Of a stretch of DNA of 49,141 nt, positions 17,599-29,400 are shown piece after piece. Where the stretch lies: contig CAZTIN010000001.1 of assembly GCA_964613525.1 (NCBI GenBank), forward strand, positions 1 through 49,141. Reading direction: 5' to 3'. Made by a program: the position numbers and the translations under genes. The stretch's first letter is position 1; every line of letters begins with the position of its first letter. Under the pieces are notes generated by a model. That model made no database searches. It was given only the letters and a program-made list of their open reading frames with translations, and was not told where the DNA came from. This DNA comes from an uncultured Candidatus Saccharibacteria bacterium (lineage in GTDB: Bacteria > Patescibacteriota > Minisyncoccia > Phycocordibacterales > UBA9973).

Positions 17599-17607
17599 AG
17601 ATTACCA
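17599..17607 (-). promoter_or_regulatory. Extended -10 box TGgTAATCT, 6 nt before ATG 17592
   Basis: Minus strand reads TGgTAATCTgtaattATG. Confidence 0.45.
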
Positions 17608-17617
17608 TTAAAACCTA

Positions 17618-18883
17618 CTAAATTCCACGGGCGTCGCGTTCCTTGGTCCAGCTAGCCTGATACCCTGACACCACATTATAAATCGCCTTCATGAGCCAAA
17701 ATGGGGCTACTATACTGTATATAAAGAAGAATAAGACTATATTGAAAGACAGCTTAACCTTGCCGTGTTTTATTTTCTGCCCAATAAACAATGAGTTAAA
17801 CACTGCCAAATAAACTAAAATAGTTATAAACAAAATTGCACTAGTTGGTAAATAGAACCAGTCAATAGTCGCATCAGGTGAATTTATAGCAATACCTGTA
17901 GCTGAAATAGATAGTATCTTTTTATATAGAAAACTTACCAAATTATACAAAGTAAAAAAGAATAAGAATATAACTGACAGCACGGACACAATACCGGACG
18001 GCAATGTTATAAATCCAATATTCCCATATCTCCTGCGGAATATTAAATGGCGATAATCTAGACTATTTTTAATAAACCCATATATCCAACGTAGGCGCTG
18101 CCTATACAAACCGCGCACATCCATAGGGCCGATAGTGTACACGAATGCATCAGGTGCGTGTTCTATGCGCATATTGTTTTCTTTCATGCGCATAGCTATT
18201 TCCTGGTCTTCTGTATTATGAGCGTGACGATATGGTCCCAACTTTTCAAATACTTCTTTGCGGAATATCGAAAAAGGCCCTGGTGTTACGTGTATAGCAT
18301 CAACGAATGAGAGCATCTTTTTAACAAAAATAGAAAATTCATATTCTACAGACTGGGCTTTTTGAACCATAGTCTGTGGGTCATGAGTAAGAATAGTAGG
18401 AGCAACAGCCATAACTTCTGGAGAAAAGAAATAGGTCATAATTCTTTTCAAAGATTCTGGATGCACCATAGAGTCAGAGTCCAGACATCCAACAAATGGA
18501 GTACTGGAATTTTCAAGACCCAGGTTATTAGCAGTATATTTACCTCCGTTTTCCTTATGGAAAATTTTTATCTGGGGATGATTTGCGTACTGCTGCATAA
18601 CTTCCCAAGTATCATCTGTTGAACCATCGTCAACTATATTAATAAATAGTTTATCAGCTGGATAGTCGAGTTCTAATAATGATTTAATTGTTTTTTCTAC
18701 ATTATGTGACTCATTATAAGCTGGCACAGTAATAGTTACAGGTGGGTAGTCTGGTAGTTCGATTTTCTCTGTGCGGACAAGCAAGTCTTTGCGTTTTTCT
18801 AGGAATACGTATAAAAAAAACACCTGCACATACAGCGAGACAAACGAGAATAAATAAAACAAAATCTCGCGAAAATTATCCAT
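17618..18883 (-). CDS. Family 2 glycosyltransferase, processive membrane synthase type (PgaC/IcaA/cellulose-synthase-like)
   Basis: VTITVPAYNES, VDDGSTDDT, LDSDS, HNTEDQE and QRLRW (QxxRW), with flanking and C-terminal TM helices. Confidence 0.8.
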   Translation of the reverse strand: MDNFREILFYLFSFVSLYVQVFFLYVFLEKRKDLLVRTEKIELPDYPPVTITVPAYNESHNVEKTIKSLLELDYPADKLFINIVDDGSTDDTWEVMQQYANHPQIKIFHKENGGKYTANNLGLENSSTPFVGCLDSDSMVHPESLKRIMTYFFSPEVMAVAPTILTHDPQTMVQKAQSVEYEFSIFVKKMLSFVDAIHVTPGPFSIFRKEVFEKLGPYRHAHNTEDQEIAMRMKENNMRIEHAPDAFVYTIGPMDVRGLYRQRLRWIYGFIKNSLDYRHLIFRRRYGNIGFITLPSGIVSVLSVIFLFFFTLYNLVSFLYKKILSISATGIAINSPDATIDWFYLPTSAILFITILVYLAVFNSLFIGQKIKHGKVKLSFNIVLFFFIYSIVAPFWLMKAIYNVVSGYQASWTKERDARGI

Positions 18884-18894
18884 AAAACTGTTTT

Positions 18895-18903
18895 ATTATA
18901 GCA
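18895..18903 (-). promoter_or_regulatory. GT2 gene extended -10 box TGcTATAAT, 11 nt before the ATG
   Basis: Minus strand reads cgTGcTATAATaaaacagttttATG. Confidence 0.5.
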
Positions 18904-18945
18904 CGAAAAGGCTATTTTTGGAATTATGGATAAGATAGCCCTAAA

Positions 18946-18954
18946 TGTTATAAT
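18946..18954 (+). promoter_or_regulatory. DsbA-like gene extended -10 box TGtTATAAT, 7 nt before ATG 18962
   Basis: aaTGtTATAATaatttgtATG; divergent from the GT2 promoter. Confidence 0.5.
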
Positions 18955-18961
18955 AATTTGT

Positions 18962-19735
18962 ATGGAACCAAATAATAACAATAATAACGTAGAAAATACT
19001 GTTTCTGAATCGTCTCCAGTAGTAAATACAGAGACAAAAGAAGCAATGCCAAAGCAAACAAATGCTTTGACCATGCCAGTAGCAATACTAATAGGTAGTG
19101 TATTAATAGCTCTAGCTTTAATACTAACCGGTGGCTCTGGTAGCAATAAACAAGACAGCGGTAAAATAAAAGTCTCTGACAATATCCGCAAGCTTGAACC
19201 TATCACACAAAAAGATCATGTTCGTGGAGACTTAAACAAAGCAAAAGTTGCAGTAGTTGAATTCTCAGACCTGGAATGTCCTTACTGTAAACAACTACAT
19301 CCGATAATGCAGCGAATGATGGAAGTTTACGGGCAAGATGTAGCTTGGGTGTACAGACATTTCCCTCTTGAATCTATTCACCCGAATGCACGCCCTGCAG
19401 CACACGCATCTGAATGTGTAGCAGAACTTGCAGGAAATGATGGGTTCTGGAAATTTATCGACGGAATATTCAGCTTTGAAAATGGTAGTCCATTTGAAGC
19501 TAATAACCTGGCAACTATAGTTTCAAACAGTGGCGCTGATATCTCAAAATTCAATACATGTCAGCAAGACGGTAAATTTAATTCTGTTATAGATGCCTAT
19601 ATAGATGATGCATATGGCGCTGGTGCACAAGGTACACCTGACCTAACAGTAGTAGACCTAAAAACTGGTGAAGCAGTCCACATAGGTGCTGACCCAAATG
19701 CTTTGGCTAGTACTCTTGAACAAATGCTGAAATAA
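18962..19735 (+). CDS. DsbA-like thiol:disulfide oxidoreductase, membrane-anchored
   Basis: TM helix LTMPVAILIGSVLIALALIL and active site FSDLECPYCKQ. Start moved to ATG 18962, 7 nt after a TGtTATAAT box that lies inside the longer track ORF. Confidence 0.75.
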   Translation: MEPNNNNNNVENTVSESSPVVNTETKEAMPKQTNALTMPVAILIGSVLIALALILTGGSGSNKQDSGKIKVSDNIRKLEPITQKDHVRGDLNKAKVAVVEFSDLECPYCKQLHPIMQRMMEVYGQDVAWVYRHFPLESIHPNARPAAHASECVAELAGNDGFWKFIDGIFSFENGSPFEANNLATIVSNSGADISKFNTCQQDGKFNSVIDAYIDDAYGAGAQGTPDLTVVDLKTGEAVHIGADPNALASTLEQMLK

Positions 19736-19742
19736 ATCCTAA

Positions 19743-19774
19743 TAAAATAACCGCCCCACAGGGCGGTTATTTTA
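19743..19774. terminator. Bidirectional terminator between the DsbA-like gene (+) and rpoD (-)
   Basis: 14-bp stem TAAAATAACCGCCC / GGGCGGTTATTTTA, loop CACA. Confidence 0.7.
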
Positions 19775-21043
19775 TTAATCAAAGTAATTACGGAGTCTAA
19801 TTATTTTCTGGTGAGTACGAAGCTTCTCGTGAACTTTGGCTTCGATTTGACGAATACGTTCACGAGTAACTTGGAACTCTTGCCCTACTTCTTCAAGTGT
19901 ATGCTGCACTCCGTCAATAAGTCCGAAGCGTAGCTCTAAAATACGGCGTTCTTTTGGAGATAGTTCGTTTAGGACTTCACGGATTTGATCTTGAAGTATT
20001 CTGCGTGATGATTCTTGGTCAGGTCTTAGGATTTTATCATCAGCAATAAAGTCACCTCTGGCTGACTTGTCCTCGTCGTCCCCAATAGGCTGCTCTAGAG
20101 AAACTGTTTCTTGGTTGATTTGCTGAATCATATGAATCTTATCAACTTCTATACCCATCTCTACAGCTATTTCTTCTGGCATAGGTTCACGGCCCAGATC
20201 TTGCCCTAAACGGCGTACAACCTGCTTGTATTTAGAAATTGTTTCTACCATGTGAACTGGAATACGAATAGTACGTGACTGGTCAGCAAGAGCACGGGTA
20301 ATGGACTGCCTAATCCACCAAGTAGCATAAGTTGAGAATTTGAAACCTTTGGTCCAGTCGAATTTTTCAACTGCTTTAAATAAACCTAGATTACCTTCTT
20401 GAATCAAATCCAGAAGAGAAAGGTCAGCTGAACGTCCCACATATTTCTTAGCAATAGACACAACAAGACGTAGGTTCGCTCGAGCTAGAATATTCTTAGC
20501 TTCATCATCCCCTGCTAATATACGACGCGCTAGGTCACGCTCATCAGCCGCAGAAACAAGAGAATACTGACCTATTTCACGCAAATACATTTGAATAGAG
20601 TCGTACTGGCTAGCGGGAACATCGCGCAAAACCTTTTCATTAGCTTTAGCAGCGTCCACATCCAGGTCAAGCAAATTACCACCTTCTAGTACATCTATGT
20701 GTACTGACTGGAATAATTCATATAGCTCATCAAGCAGTGGAATATTATGTTCGATATCAGGAAATTCTTTCAGTATTTCGTCGTATGTTATGAAGCCTCT
20801 CTTTTTACCTTTGGTTAAAAGCAGTTCTTTCTTTTCTTCTATTATGTTTTTGTTTTTACTTATTGGAACAGGCTTCTTTGCAGTAGTCTTTACTACGGTT
20901 TTTACAGACTTTTTAGGTGCTGACTTTTTTACAGCTTTCTTTGGTGCTGGTTTCTTTACAGACTTTTTAGGTGCTGACTTTTTAGCTACTTTTTTAGTAA
21001 CTTTTTTTGGAGATTTCTTTTGTACTTTTTTCTTAGCTTTCAT
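19775..21043 (-). CDS. rpoD: Primary RNA polymerase sigma-70 factor with a Lys/Ala/Pro-rich basic N-terminal tail
   Basis: Region 2 (DLIQEGNLGLFKAVEKFDWTKGFKFSTYATWWIRQ), region 3, and region 4 (TLEEVGQEFQVTRERIRQIEAKV); follows dnaG. Confidence 0.92.
   Translation of the reverse strand: MKAKKKVQKKSPKKVTKKVAKKSAPKKSVKKPAPKKAVKKSAPKKSVKTVVKTTAKKPVPISKNKNIIEEKKELLLTKGKKRGFITYDEILKEFPDIEHNIPLLDELYELFQSVHIDVLEGGNLLDLDVDAAKANEKVLRDVPASQYDSIQMYLREIGQYSLVSAADERDLARRILAGDDEAKNILARANLRLVVSIAKKYVGRSADLSLLDLIQEGNLGLFKAVEKFDWTKGFKFSTYATWWIRQSITRALADQSRTIRIPVHMVETISKYKQVVRRLGQDLGREPMPEEIAVEMGIEVDKIHMIQQINQETVSLEQPIGDDEDKSARGDFIADDKILRPDQESSRRILQDQIREVLNELSPKERRILELRFGLIDGVQHTLEEVGQEFQVTRERIRQIEAKVHEKLRTHQKIIRLRNYFD
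20904..20983 (-). repeat. Direct repeat (26 nt, 54-nt period) within the Lys-rich N-terminal coding region of rpoD
   Basis: ACAGACTTTTTAGGTGCTGACTTTTT at 20904-20929 and 20958-20983 (plus-strand reading); encodes the reiterated KKSAPKKSVK units. Confidence 0.8.
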
Positions 21044-21061
21044 AATAGATATTTATTAATA

Positions 21062-22789
21062 TTAACGACGTTTTTGCTTAATGAGCTCGATCTTTTTCTG
21101 AAGATCAGCATATTTAGTTATTAAATCCTTGTTAGACTCGTCCATTACTAATTCCGATTTCACTTTTGCTAATATAGCACGAATTACTGATTCTTCATAT
21201 TGGAGCTGTATATCTTCGACGAATCTTTTATTCTGATTAGAATTTACAAATTCAACTTCTGCTTCTAGAGATAATTCTTCTTTATGTTTAGATGTTTCTT
21301 CTAAGTCCAACTTCTGCACATCTTCTGGGATTGTTTTCATGAGCCAGTCTTTCAAAGAATCGCGATACTCTCGAAGTGGTCCTTCGACTAATTCACTAGC
21401 ATAAAGTATTCCGTAGAATTTGTCTTTGATATTAAACTGGGTTTTATTCTGAACTACTTCTTCTTTGACGATATCGCTGCTACTGGTTTTTAGTATAGAT
21501 TCAACATCTTTAACTATATAGTCTATCGGTATACTGAAATATTTTTCAACTATTCTTGATGCTTCGTGCCTATCAACTGAATTTTGATAAAGTCCTATTA
21601 CTCCAAAAATTATTTCTTTGACTTCTTTTATCTGCTTCTCTCTTACGGAATGTTTGTTTATTATCCGAATACATAATGCTTCTACTGGGGATAGTGATTC
21701 TTTAAGCACATCTTTCCATACTGCTTCCCCACCTTCTTGGGACAAAATATCAGCAGGGTCTTTAGAACCAGGGATATTCTTAACCATCTTAACAACTATT
21801 CCTAAAGGTACAGCTTCTTTAATGACTCTTATTTTAGCTTTTTCCCCCGCATCATCTGAGTCGAGAGCCAGCATCATATTTTTAGAAAGTCTGGATAGTA
21901 TTCCTAGGTTTGTAGGGTTACCCGAATCATTAACAATGTCTCCAGAAAAAGCAGTTCCTGATACGGCAACAGTATTAGGAAAACCATACTGGTGAGAAAG
22001 GACCACATCAAACTGCCCTTCTACTAAAATAGAGAAATCATATTTACGGATGTATTGTTTTGCTTTAGAGAAACCAAACAATATATCAGACTTATGGTAA
22101 ACAGGAGTCTCTGGAGAATTCACATATTTAGCGCTCTTACCGTCATCGAATTCAGGTAATATCCTACCTGAGAATCCAACAACACGGCCTGATGAATCTT
22201 CTATTGGAAACATTATTCGTGAACGAAATCTGTCATAGATTCCTTTTTCACCTGGCAGACCCAAGCCTGCAGAAATTATTACATCGTCACTAAAACCACT
22301 AGACTTTAAATGATCATACAAATTACCCCAACTAGGCAATGCAAAACCAATACGGAAATTCTTAATAAACTCGTCAGATACTCCACGATTCTTAACATAA
22401 GAAAGAGCACGAGAGTCATCTAATAAATTCTTTTCGAAATATTTTGTAGCTTTTTCTAGGACGCTATATAGCGCTTCTTTTTTATCAAGAGTTTCTTTGG
22501 AAACAGGAGTTAATTCGACTCCGGCGCGTCGAGCAAGTTCTGACAATGCGCCACGAAAATCTAATCCTTCGTATTTTTCAACGAAAGAAAAAATATCGCC
22601 TTTTTCGCCACAACCGAAACAGTAGTAAGTACCCCTGTCTGGTGACACATAGAATGATGCGGATTTCTCATTATGAAACGGGCAACGAGCACAAAGATAC
22701 TTACCCTTGTGCTCGAGCGTTAAATAAGAGCCGACTACAACATCAATTGGTAGTCTAGACTTGATTTCTTCTACATGACCACCCTGCAT
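21062..22789 (-). CDS. dnaG: DNA primase
   Basis: Zn-ribbon CPFHNEKSASFYVSPDRGTYYCFGCGEKGD, TOPRIM ILVEGQFDV ... LALDSDDAG. Confidence 0.9.
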   Translation of the reverse strand: MQGGHVEEIKSRLPIDVVVGSYLTLEHKGKYLCARCPFHNEKSASFYVSPDRGTYYCFGCGEKGDIFSFVEKYEGLDFRGALSELARRAGVELTPVSKETLDKKEALYSVLEKATKYFEKNLLDDSRALSYVKNRGVSDEFIKNFRIGFALPSWGNLYDHLKSSGFSDDVIISAGLGLPGEKGIYDRFRSRIMFPIEDSSGRVVGFSGRILPEFDDGKSAKYVNSPETPVYHKSDILFGFSKAKQYIRKYDFSILVEGQFDVVLSHQYGFPNTVAVSGTAFSGDIVNDSGNPTNLGILSRLSKNMMLALDSDDAGEKAKIRVIKEAVPLGIVVKMVKNIPGSKDPADILSQEGGEAVWKDVLKESLSPVEALCIRIINKHSVREKQIKEVKEIIFGVIGLYQNSVDRHEASRIVEKYFSIPIDYIVKDVESILKTSSSDIVKEEVVQNKTQFNIKDKFYGILYASELVEGPLREYRDSLKDWLMKTIPEDVQKLDLEETSKHKEELSLEAEVEFVNSNQNKRFVEDIQLQYEESVIRAILAKVKSELVMDESNKDLITKYADLQKKIELIKQKRR

Positions 22790-22797
22790 AGCAATAA

Positions 22798-25700
22798 TTA
22801 CAAAGCTTCGCCTGTTTCTTCGTCAATAATGACTTCGTCATTAATTTCACGAAAACCAGTACCCGCTGGTATTAATCTACCTACGATAACGTTTTCCTTA
22901 AGACCACGTAGTCTATCAATACCGCCTTTGACAGCATTGTTAATAAGAACACGGTTTGTGTTTTGGAATGAAGCAGCTGATAGCCATGACTTTGCAGTAA
23001 GAGAAACTTCTGTAATACCTAATACTAGTTGGTCACCCTTTGCAGCTTTGCCACCTTCGTAATCTAGTCTCATGTTTTCTTCATCAAGCTCTGCTGATTC
23101 TACAACTTCACCAGGAGAAAGAGTTGAATCGCCTGATTCTTTGATGCGCATACGTGAGAACATTTGACGAATTATAATTTCAATATGCTTATGGTCAATA
23201 CTAGCACTTTGTAGTTCGTAAACTTTTGTAATTTCACGAACGATATATTCTTGAGCCATTTTAGCACCACCAGCTTTGAAGATTTCTGAAATATCAGCGG
23301 AACCGTCTGTTAGCAATTCTCCGGCTACTACTTTTTGGCCAGGTTGAACAATCGGGTTACGGCGTACAGGAATAGCATATTCAGTTGAACCATTCTTAGC
23401 AGTACCACGTTCTTTAGCAAGAACTACAATTACTTTTTCTGTACCATTTTGACGAACTTCTAGAACTTCACCATCTGCTTTACATACAATAGCTGGGTTC
23501 TTAGGAACACGACGTTCGAAGATTTCTTCAACACGAGGAAGACCTTGTGTAATATCAGTACCTGCCACACCTCCGGCGTGAAAAGTACGAAGTGTAAGCT
23601 GTGTACCTGGTTCACCGATAGCCTGAGCTGCGATAATACCTACTGCTTGACCACGTTCGATCATTGCATTTCTTCCTAAGTCAGCACCATAACAAAGCTG
23701 ACAAATACCGAATCGTCCTTTACAGAATAGTGGTGTACGAACAGCAACTTCAGTAACACCTGCTGCAACAATATCCTGAGCTATGTCTTTAGTGATTAAA
23801 GTATTTCTCTTGAATGTAACATCACCTGCTTTTACGTCTTGAGACAATACACGTCCACGAATCTGACGAAGTAGAGGAATTTCTGTACCACCAATTATTT
23901 CAGTACGTACAACTTTGGATTCTTTAGTCTTACAATCTTCTTCTGTAACAATAACGTCTTGCGCCACATCAACTAGACGACGTGTAAGATAACCAGCTTT
24001 AGCTGTGTTAAGAGCCGTATCGGCTGAACCCTTACGAGAACCGTGAGTTGTAATAAAGTATTGAATTGGGGATAGACCTTCGATATAAGAAGGAACAACT
24101 GGATAGTCAATAATACGTCCTGTTGTGTTAACAATAAGACCTTTCATACCACACATTTGTACCAATGATCCCATGTTACCACGGGCACCAGATGTGATTA
24201 GATCATAGGTTGAACTCTTGATATCTAGAGTTTCTGGAATTGATTTTTCAATTTCTTTCTTAGATTTTTCCCAGATTTCTAGAATTTTACGATATCTTTC
24301 TTCATCAGAAAGAAGACCATCTTCGTAGTGTTCGATTACGACACGTTCTTGAGCGCGAGCACTGTTAACGATTTCTTCTTTCTTAGCTGGAACGCGAACG
24401 TTGTCGATAGCCCAAGTAGTACCAGATTTTGTAGAGTAACGGAAACCGAATGCTTTGATTTTATCAAGGAATTTAGCTGTAACATCAATACCGTAGTGGA
24501 ATACTAGGTCGTCAATCAGAGCTCCCATTCTTTTCTTATTAATTTCTTGGTTAATAAAAGGAAATGTATCTGGAAGAATATTGTTGAACAGGATTCTACC
24601 TACTGTAGTGTCAAAAGGTTTACCTTCGAATTTAGCGTATTTTTCTTTATCAGTTGGAAGAACTTTGATTTTTGCACGGTATGTAACATGACCAAAGTCT
24701 AGCGCCATAATAGCGTGATTTGGAGATGAGAATATCATTCCTTCACCTTTTTCACCTGTCATTTCTTTCGTCATCCAGAAAGATCCTAATATCATGTCGT
24801 ATTTAGGTTCTGTAATTGGTTCACCGTTCTGAGGTTTAAGAAGGTTCTTAGTTGCAGCCATCAGTGTACGAGCTTCGTCTTGTGCTGCATCACTAAGAGG
24901 AACGTATACTGCCATTTGGTCTCCGTCGAAGTCAGCGTTAAATCCAGTACACACTAGTGGGTGCAGCTGTATAGCGTTACCTTCGATTAGAACAGGCATA
25001 AAAGCTTGAATACCTAGACGGTGCAGTGTTGGCGCACGGTTAAGCAAAACGTATTTACCACGAATTACGTCTTCAAGTATTGCCCAAACTTCTGGGATTT
25101 GATCTTCGATTAGTTTATTTGCACCACGAATATTGTAAGCTAATTCTGTTTCTATAAGTTTAGCTATAACGAATGGGCGGAATAGTTCAAGCGCCATGTG
25201 CTTCGGAAGACCACATTGATTTAATGCTAGGTCTGGACCAACAACAATAACAGAACGTCCTGAATAGTCTACACGCTTACCTAATAAGTTTGCACGGAAT
25301 AGTCCTTGTTTACTCTTTAGGTTGTCAGCCAAAGACTTAAGAGCACGCTTTTGAGACTGACTCATAGCTTGAGCGCCGTCTTGTTTAGCCATTGAGTTAT
25401 CAATAAGAGCGTCAACTGCTTCTTGAAGGATACGTTTTTCGTTACGTAAAATAACATCTGGAGCTGAGATTTCTATTAGCTTTCTTAGACGATTATTACG
25501 GTTAATAACACGACGGTATAGGTCGTTGATATCACTCGTAGCATGACGTCCACCGTCTAGCGCCACCATAGGACGAAGTGCTGGTGGAATAACCGGAATA
25601 GCATAAAGGAACATCCATTCTGGTCGAGAATGTGAATGCAGTAATGAACGAATTAGAGTTATACGCTTTTCTAGTTTTTCTTTCTCTAGAGATTTTGCTT

Positions 25701-26427
25701 TTTCAAGCTGAGCTTCAACTTCGTTCTTTAGCTTTTCTAGGTCTAGATTCTTGAACAAGTTATAGATTGCTTCTGCACCAATAGATGCTTCGAAAGCACT
25801 ACCATATTTCAATGAGAAATGGTGGTATTGGAGTTCATTCATAACACGACCAAGAGTAATGCTGTCGATGTCGTTCTTTGCCTGAGTGAATAGTTCTTTT
25901 AGTTTTTCTTTAGAGTCTTCGTCTGTAACTGTTTTTATTTTTGATTTGTATTCACTTTCTAGATTCTTGCGGATTTCTTCTTTCGCATCTTCGTGAACTG
26001 CAGTAATGATGTAACCAGCAAAGTAAATAACTTTTTCTAGGTCACCACCTGAAATTCCCATAATAAGAGCCATTCTTGAAGGAACACCCTTTAAGAACCA
26101 GATATGAGCAACTGGTGAAGCAAGTTCAATGTGGCCCATTCTTTCACGACGAACTATAGCGCGTGTAACTTCAACTCCACATTTTTCACAAACGATATCT
26201 TTGTAGCGAATACGACGGTATTTACCACAGTAACATTCGTAGTCTTTTTCTGGACCGAATATTTTTTCGTCGAATAGTCCACCACGTTCAGAACGTCCTG
26301 TACGGTAGTTGATTGTTTCTGGTTTTGTTATTTCACCGAAAGACCATTCACGGATTCTCTCTGGTGATGAAAGACGAAGTGTGATGTAGTCGAAGGATTT
26401 TGTATCAAAAGTTTTTGTATTATTCAT
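22798..26427 (-). CDS. rpoC: DNA-directed RNA polymerase subunit beta' (compact, 1209 aa)
   Basis: Zn-finger [23 protein letters not shown], catalytic NADFDGDQM, and trigger-loop/bridge-helix regions. Confidence 0.97.
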   Translation of the reverse strand: MNNTKTFDTKSFDYITLRLSSPERIREWSFGEITKPETINYRTGRSERGGLFDEKIFGPEKDYECYCGKYRRIRYKDIVCEKCGVEVTRAIVRRERMGHIELASPVAHIWFLKGVPSRMALIMGISGGDLEKVIYFAGYIITAVHEDAKEEIRKNLESEYKSKIKTVTDEDSKEKLKELFTQAKNDIDSITLGRVMNELQYHHFSLKYGSAFEASIGAEAIYNLFKNLDLEKLKNEVEAQLEKAKSLEKEKLEKRITLIRSLLHSHSRPEWMFLYAIPVIPPALRPMVALDGGRHATSDINDLYRRVINRNNRLRKLIEISAPDVILRNEKRILQEAVDALIDNSMAKQDGAQAMSQSQKRALKSLADNLKSKQGLFRANLLGKRVDYSGRSVIVVGPDLALNQCGLPKHMALELFRPFVIAKLIETELAYNIRGANKLIEDQIPEVWAILEDVIRGKYVLLNRAPTLHRLGIQAFMPVLIEGNAIQLHPLVCTGFNADFDGDQMAVYVPLSDAAQDEARTLMAATKNLLKPQNGEPITEPKYDMILGSFWMTKEMTGEKGEGMIFSSPNHAIMALDFGHVTYRAKIKVLPTDKEKYAKFEGKPFDTTVGRILFNNILPDTFPFINQEINKKRMGALIDDLVFHYGIDVTAKFLDKIKAFGFRYSTKSGTTWAIDNVRVPAKKEEIVNSARAQERVVIEHYEDGLLSDEERYRKILEIWEKSKKEIEKSIPETLDIKSSTYDLITSGARGNMGSLVQMCGMKGLIVNTTGRIIDYPVVPSYIEGLSPIQYFITTHGSRKGSADTALNTAKAGYLTRRLVDVAQDVIVTEEDCKTKESKVVRTEIIGGTEIPLLRQIRGRVLSQDVKAGDVTFKRNTLITKDIAQDIVAAGVTEVAVRTPLFCKGRFGICQLCYGADLGRNAMIERGQAVGIIAAQAIGEPGTQLTLRTFHAGGVAGTDITQGLPRVEEIFERRVPKNPAIVCKADGEVLEVRQNGTEKVIVVLAKERGTAKNGSTEYAIPVRRNPIVQPGQKVVAGELLTDGSADISEIFKAGGAKMAQEYIVREITKVYELQSASIDHKHIEIIIRQMFSRMRIKESGDSTLSPGEVVESAELDEENMRLDYEGGKAAKGDQLVLGITEVSLTAKSWLSAASFQNTNRVLINNAVKGGIDRLRGLKENVIVGRLIPAGTGFREINDEVIIDEETGEAL

Positions 26428-26449
26428 AAAATATATTTATTACTTTAAC

Positions 26450-29400
26450 TTAGTTATTTCCTGGGATTTCTAAATCGTTCGACATCGATTCTTCTATTAG
26501 TGAGTCAACTTCTGGGTTAGTAGATTCTTCTGCTGGAACTTCTTCTTCTACAGTATTCTGGAACCTGCGAAGTTCTACGTCTAGTGCTAATCCTCTTAGG
26601 TATGAAAGCATCACATTAAATGAAGCTGGAGAATGTGGTTCAGGAGTTGGGTTGCCTTTAATGATGGCATCGAATGTTTGTGAACGTCCTTGTATATCGT
26701 CAGACTTAACAGTAAGCATTTCACGAAGTATGTTTGATGCACCGTATCCTTCGAGCGCCCAGACCTCCATCTCTCCGAATCTTTGACCTCCGGACTGAGC
26801 TTTACCTCCGAGTGGCTGCTGAGTAATAAGAGAGTATGGTCCAATAGCACGCATGTGAAGTTTGTCTTCCACCATGTGGTGAAGCTTAAGCATGTACTTC
26901 ATACCAACAGCAATGTCTTGTTCAAATCTTTCACCTGTACGTCCATCAAATAATGGAATACGTCCATTCTCTGGCATGCCGGCTTTGACTAGCTCAGCTT
27001 GAATTTCTTCAACTGTTGCTGACATGAATGGCGGAACAACTGCTTGGTAACCTAATGTATGAGCAGCAAGACCAAGATGCATTTCTAGGATTTGACCTAG
27101 GTTCATACGAGACGGAATACCTAGTGGTGTAAGAATAACATCAATAGGAGTACCATCTTCCATGTATGGCATTTCTTCTATAGGTAAGATACGTGAGATA
27201 ACACCTTTGTTACCGTGACGACCTGATAGTTTGTCACCTACTGAGATATTACGTACTTGAGCAATTTCAATAATGATACGCTTTAAGATACCTGATTCTA
27301 GTTTGTGTCCTGCTTCACGTGAGAAAACTTTAACACCAACAACGCGTCCCTTCTTACCGTGTTCAAGTCTTAGAGAAGTATCTTTAACATCACGAGCTTT
27401 TTCAGCAAAAATAGAACGAAGTAGTCTTTCTTCTGGAGTTAGTTCAGTTTCACCTTTTGGAGTGATTTTACCTACCAAAATATCGTTTTCGCGAACTTCA
27501 GCACCGATGCGGATAACACCGTCTTCATCAAGATCTTTTAGTTTGGCTTCACCTACGTTTGGAATATCACGAGTTGTTTGTTCCGGTCCAAGCTTGGTAT
27601 CACGAACATTACATGTAAATTCTGTTGTGTAGATACTAGTGAAAACTGATTCACGAACTAGTTTTTCAGAAAGAATTATCGCGTCTTCAAAGTTAGCACC
27701 ATTCCATGTCATATAAGCAACACGTACATTCTGACCAAGAGAAATTTCACCGTTAACAGTAGAGCTTGTGTCAGCTAGTATATCACCAACTTTTACCACG
27801 TCACCGATAGAAACTATTGGACGCTGATGGAATACGTTAAAGTTGTTTGTTCTTGAGAAGCTAACCAGTGGGTATGTATGACTCTTACCTGCCTTGTCTT
27901 TGATCATGACTTTTTTACCGTCAACAAAAGTAACAGTACCAGCGTGTTTTGCTAATACTAGGCGTCCAGAATCGCGACCAGCTAGAGCTTCTATACCGGT
28001 AGCAACAAGCGGCGCCATAGGACGAATACAAGGAACAGCTTGTTTTTGCATGTTTGATCCCATGAGTGCACGGTTACCGTCATTGTGTTCAAGGAAAGGG
28101 ATCATAGAAGTTGCAAGAGAGAATGCCTGGTTAGGTGCAACGTCAACATATTCAACTTCTTCCACCCTAGCAAGACCAGGAGAAGTACGAATACGAGCTT
28201 CTACGAATTCACCAATAATGTTACCTTTGTCATCTGTCTTAAGAGCAGCATGAGCAATAACAGAACGTTCTTCTTCTAGAGCGTTTAAGTAAACTATTTC
28301 GTTTGTTATTTTACCGGACTTAACTTTGATATAAGGAGTTTCAATGATACCGAAATCATTTATTTTCGCGTATGTAGCAAGGTGAAGAATAAGACCAATG
28401 TTTGGACCTTCTGGAGTATGAATAGGACAAACACGTCCGTAGTGAGATGTATGTACGTCACGAACTTCTAGTCCTGCACGTTCACGTGACAGACCTCCTG
28501 GACCAAGAGCAGACAGCGTACGTAAATGCTCAAGTTCAGCCAAGACGTTTTCTTGGTTCATGAATTGAGAAAGCTGGTTTGTTGTAAAGAATTCTTTAAT
28601 ACGTGCTTCTAATGGGCGCTGGTTAAGAATTTGCACAGGTAGTGTAGTGTCTATATCAATAGTAGACATACGGTCCTGAATATTACGCTTCATCTGAGTA
28701 AAACCAACACGGATTTTTTGCTGTAGCATTTCACCAACATAACGAACACGGCGCTGACCTAGGTGATCAATATCGTCACTCTTGGCGTTAGGTGTAACGT
28801 TAAGTTCAAGAATATGTCCCAAAATTGCGATTATGTCTTCAGCAGAAAGAGTGCGGACTTCTAGATCCTTCTCATTCATAGACATATCAAAACGTTTGTT
28901 GAAACGAAAACGTCCAACAGGAGAAAGATCGTATCTTTCAGATGAAAGAATAGCTTCTATATAGTCGCGAGCATTGTTTTCATCGGCTAGATCTCCGTCA
29001 CGAAGCTTCTTATACATTTCAAGATATGCACTTGGACGGTCTTTAGTAGGGTCTTTAGCTATAAGAGCTGTTAGAACTGTTTTTAGTTTTTCGTTCTTAC
29101 CACATGCTTTAACTATAGCTTCATCAGTATCAAGACCAAGAGCGCGAAGCAATGTCACCACATTGAATTTACGCTTCTTGTCTATACGAACATATAGTCC
29201 ACCGTCGACTTCAGAGTCGATTTCTATCCACACACCACGCGCAGGGATGATTTTAGCACCAAAATAACGCTTGCCTTTTAGATCCTGGTCAGTGAAGAAA
29301 ACACCGAAAGATCTTGCTAGCTGCGGCACAATAACACGCTCTACACCATTGATGATGAATGTACCATGCGCTGTCATTAAAGGAATGTCCGCCATGAATA

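Noticed and set aside
18874-18882. DnaA-box-like TTATCCATA, and gyrB as a hint of a nearby replication origin
   Set aside because: It is a single one-mismatch box with no cluster, no dnaA or dnaN, and no AT-rich unwinding element organised around it.
18799-19206. Track ORF 18799..19206 (-), 135 aa
   Set aside because: It spans the divergent promoter region and is antisense to the DsbA-like gene. It also overlaps the GT2 start with no independent signals.
20860-21043. Tandem repeats in rpoD (and at 44989-45201) as a CRISPR-like or other non-coding array
   Set aside because: They are in-frame coding repeats (Lys-rich and Pro-rich tails), irregular, and lack spacer/repeat periodicity.
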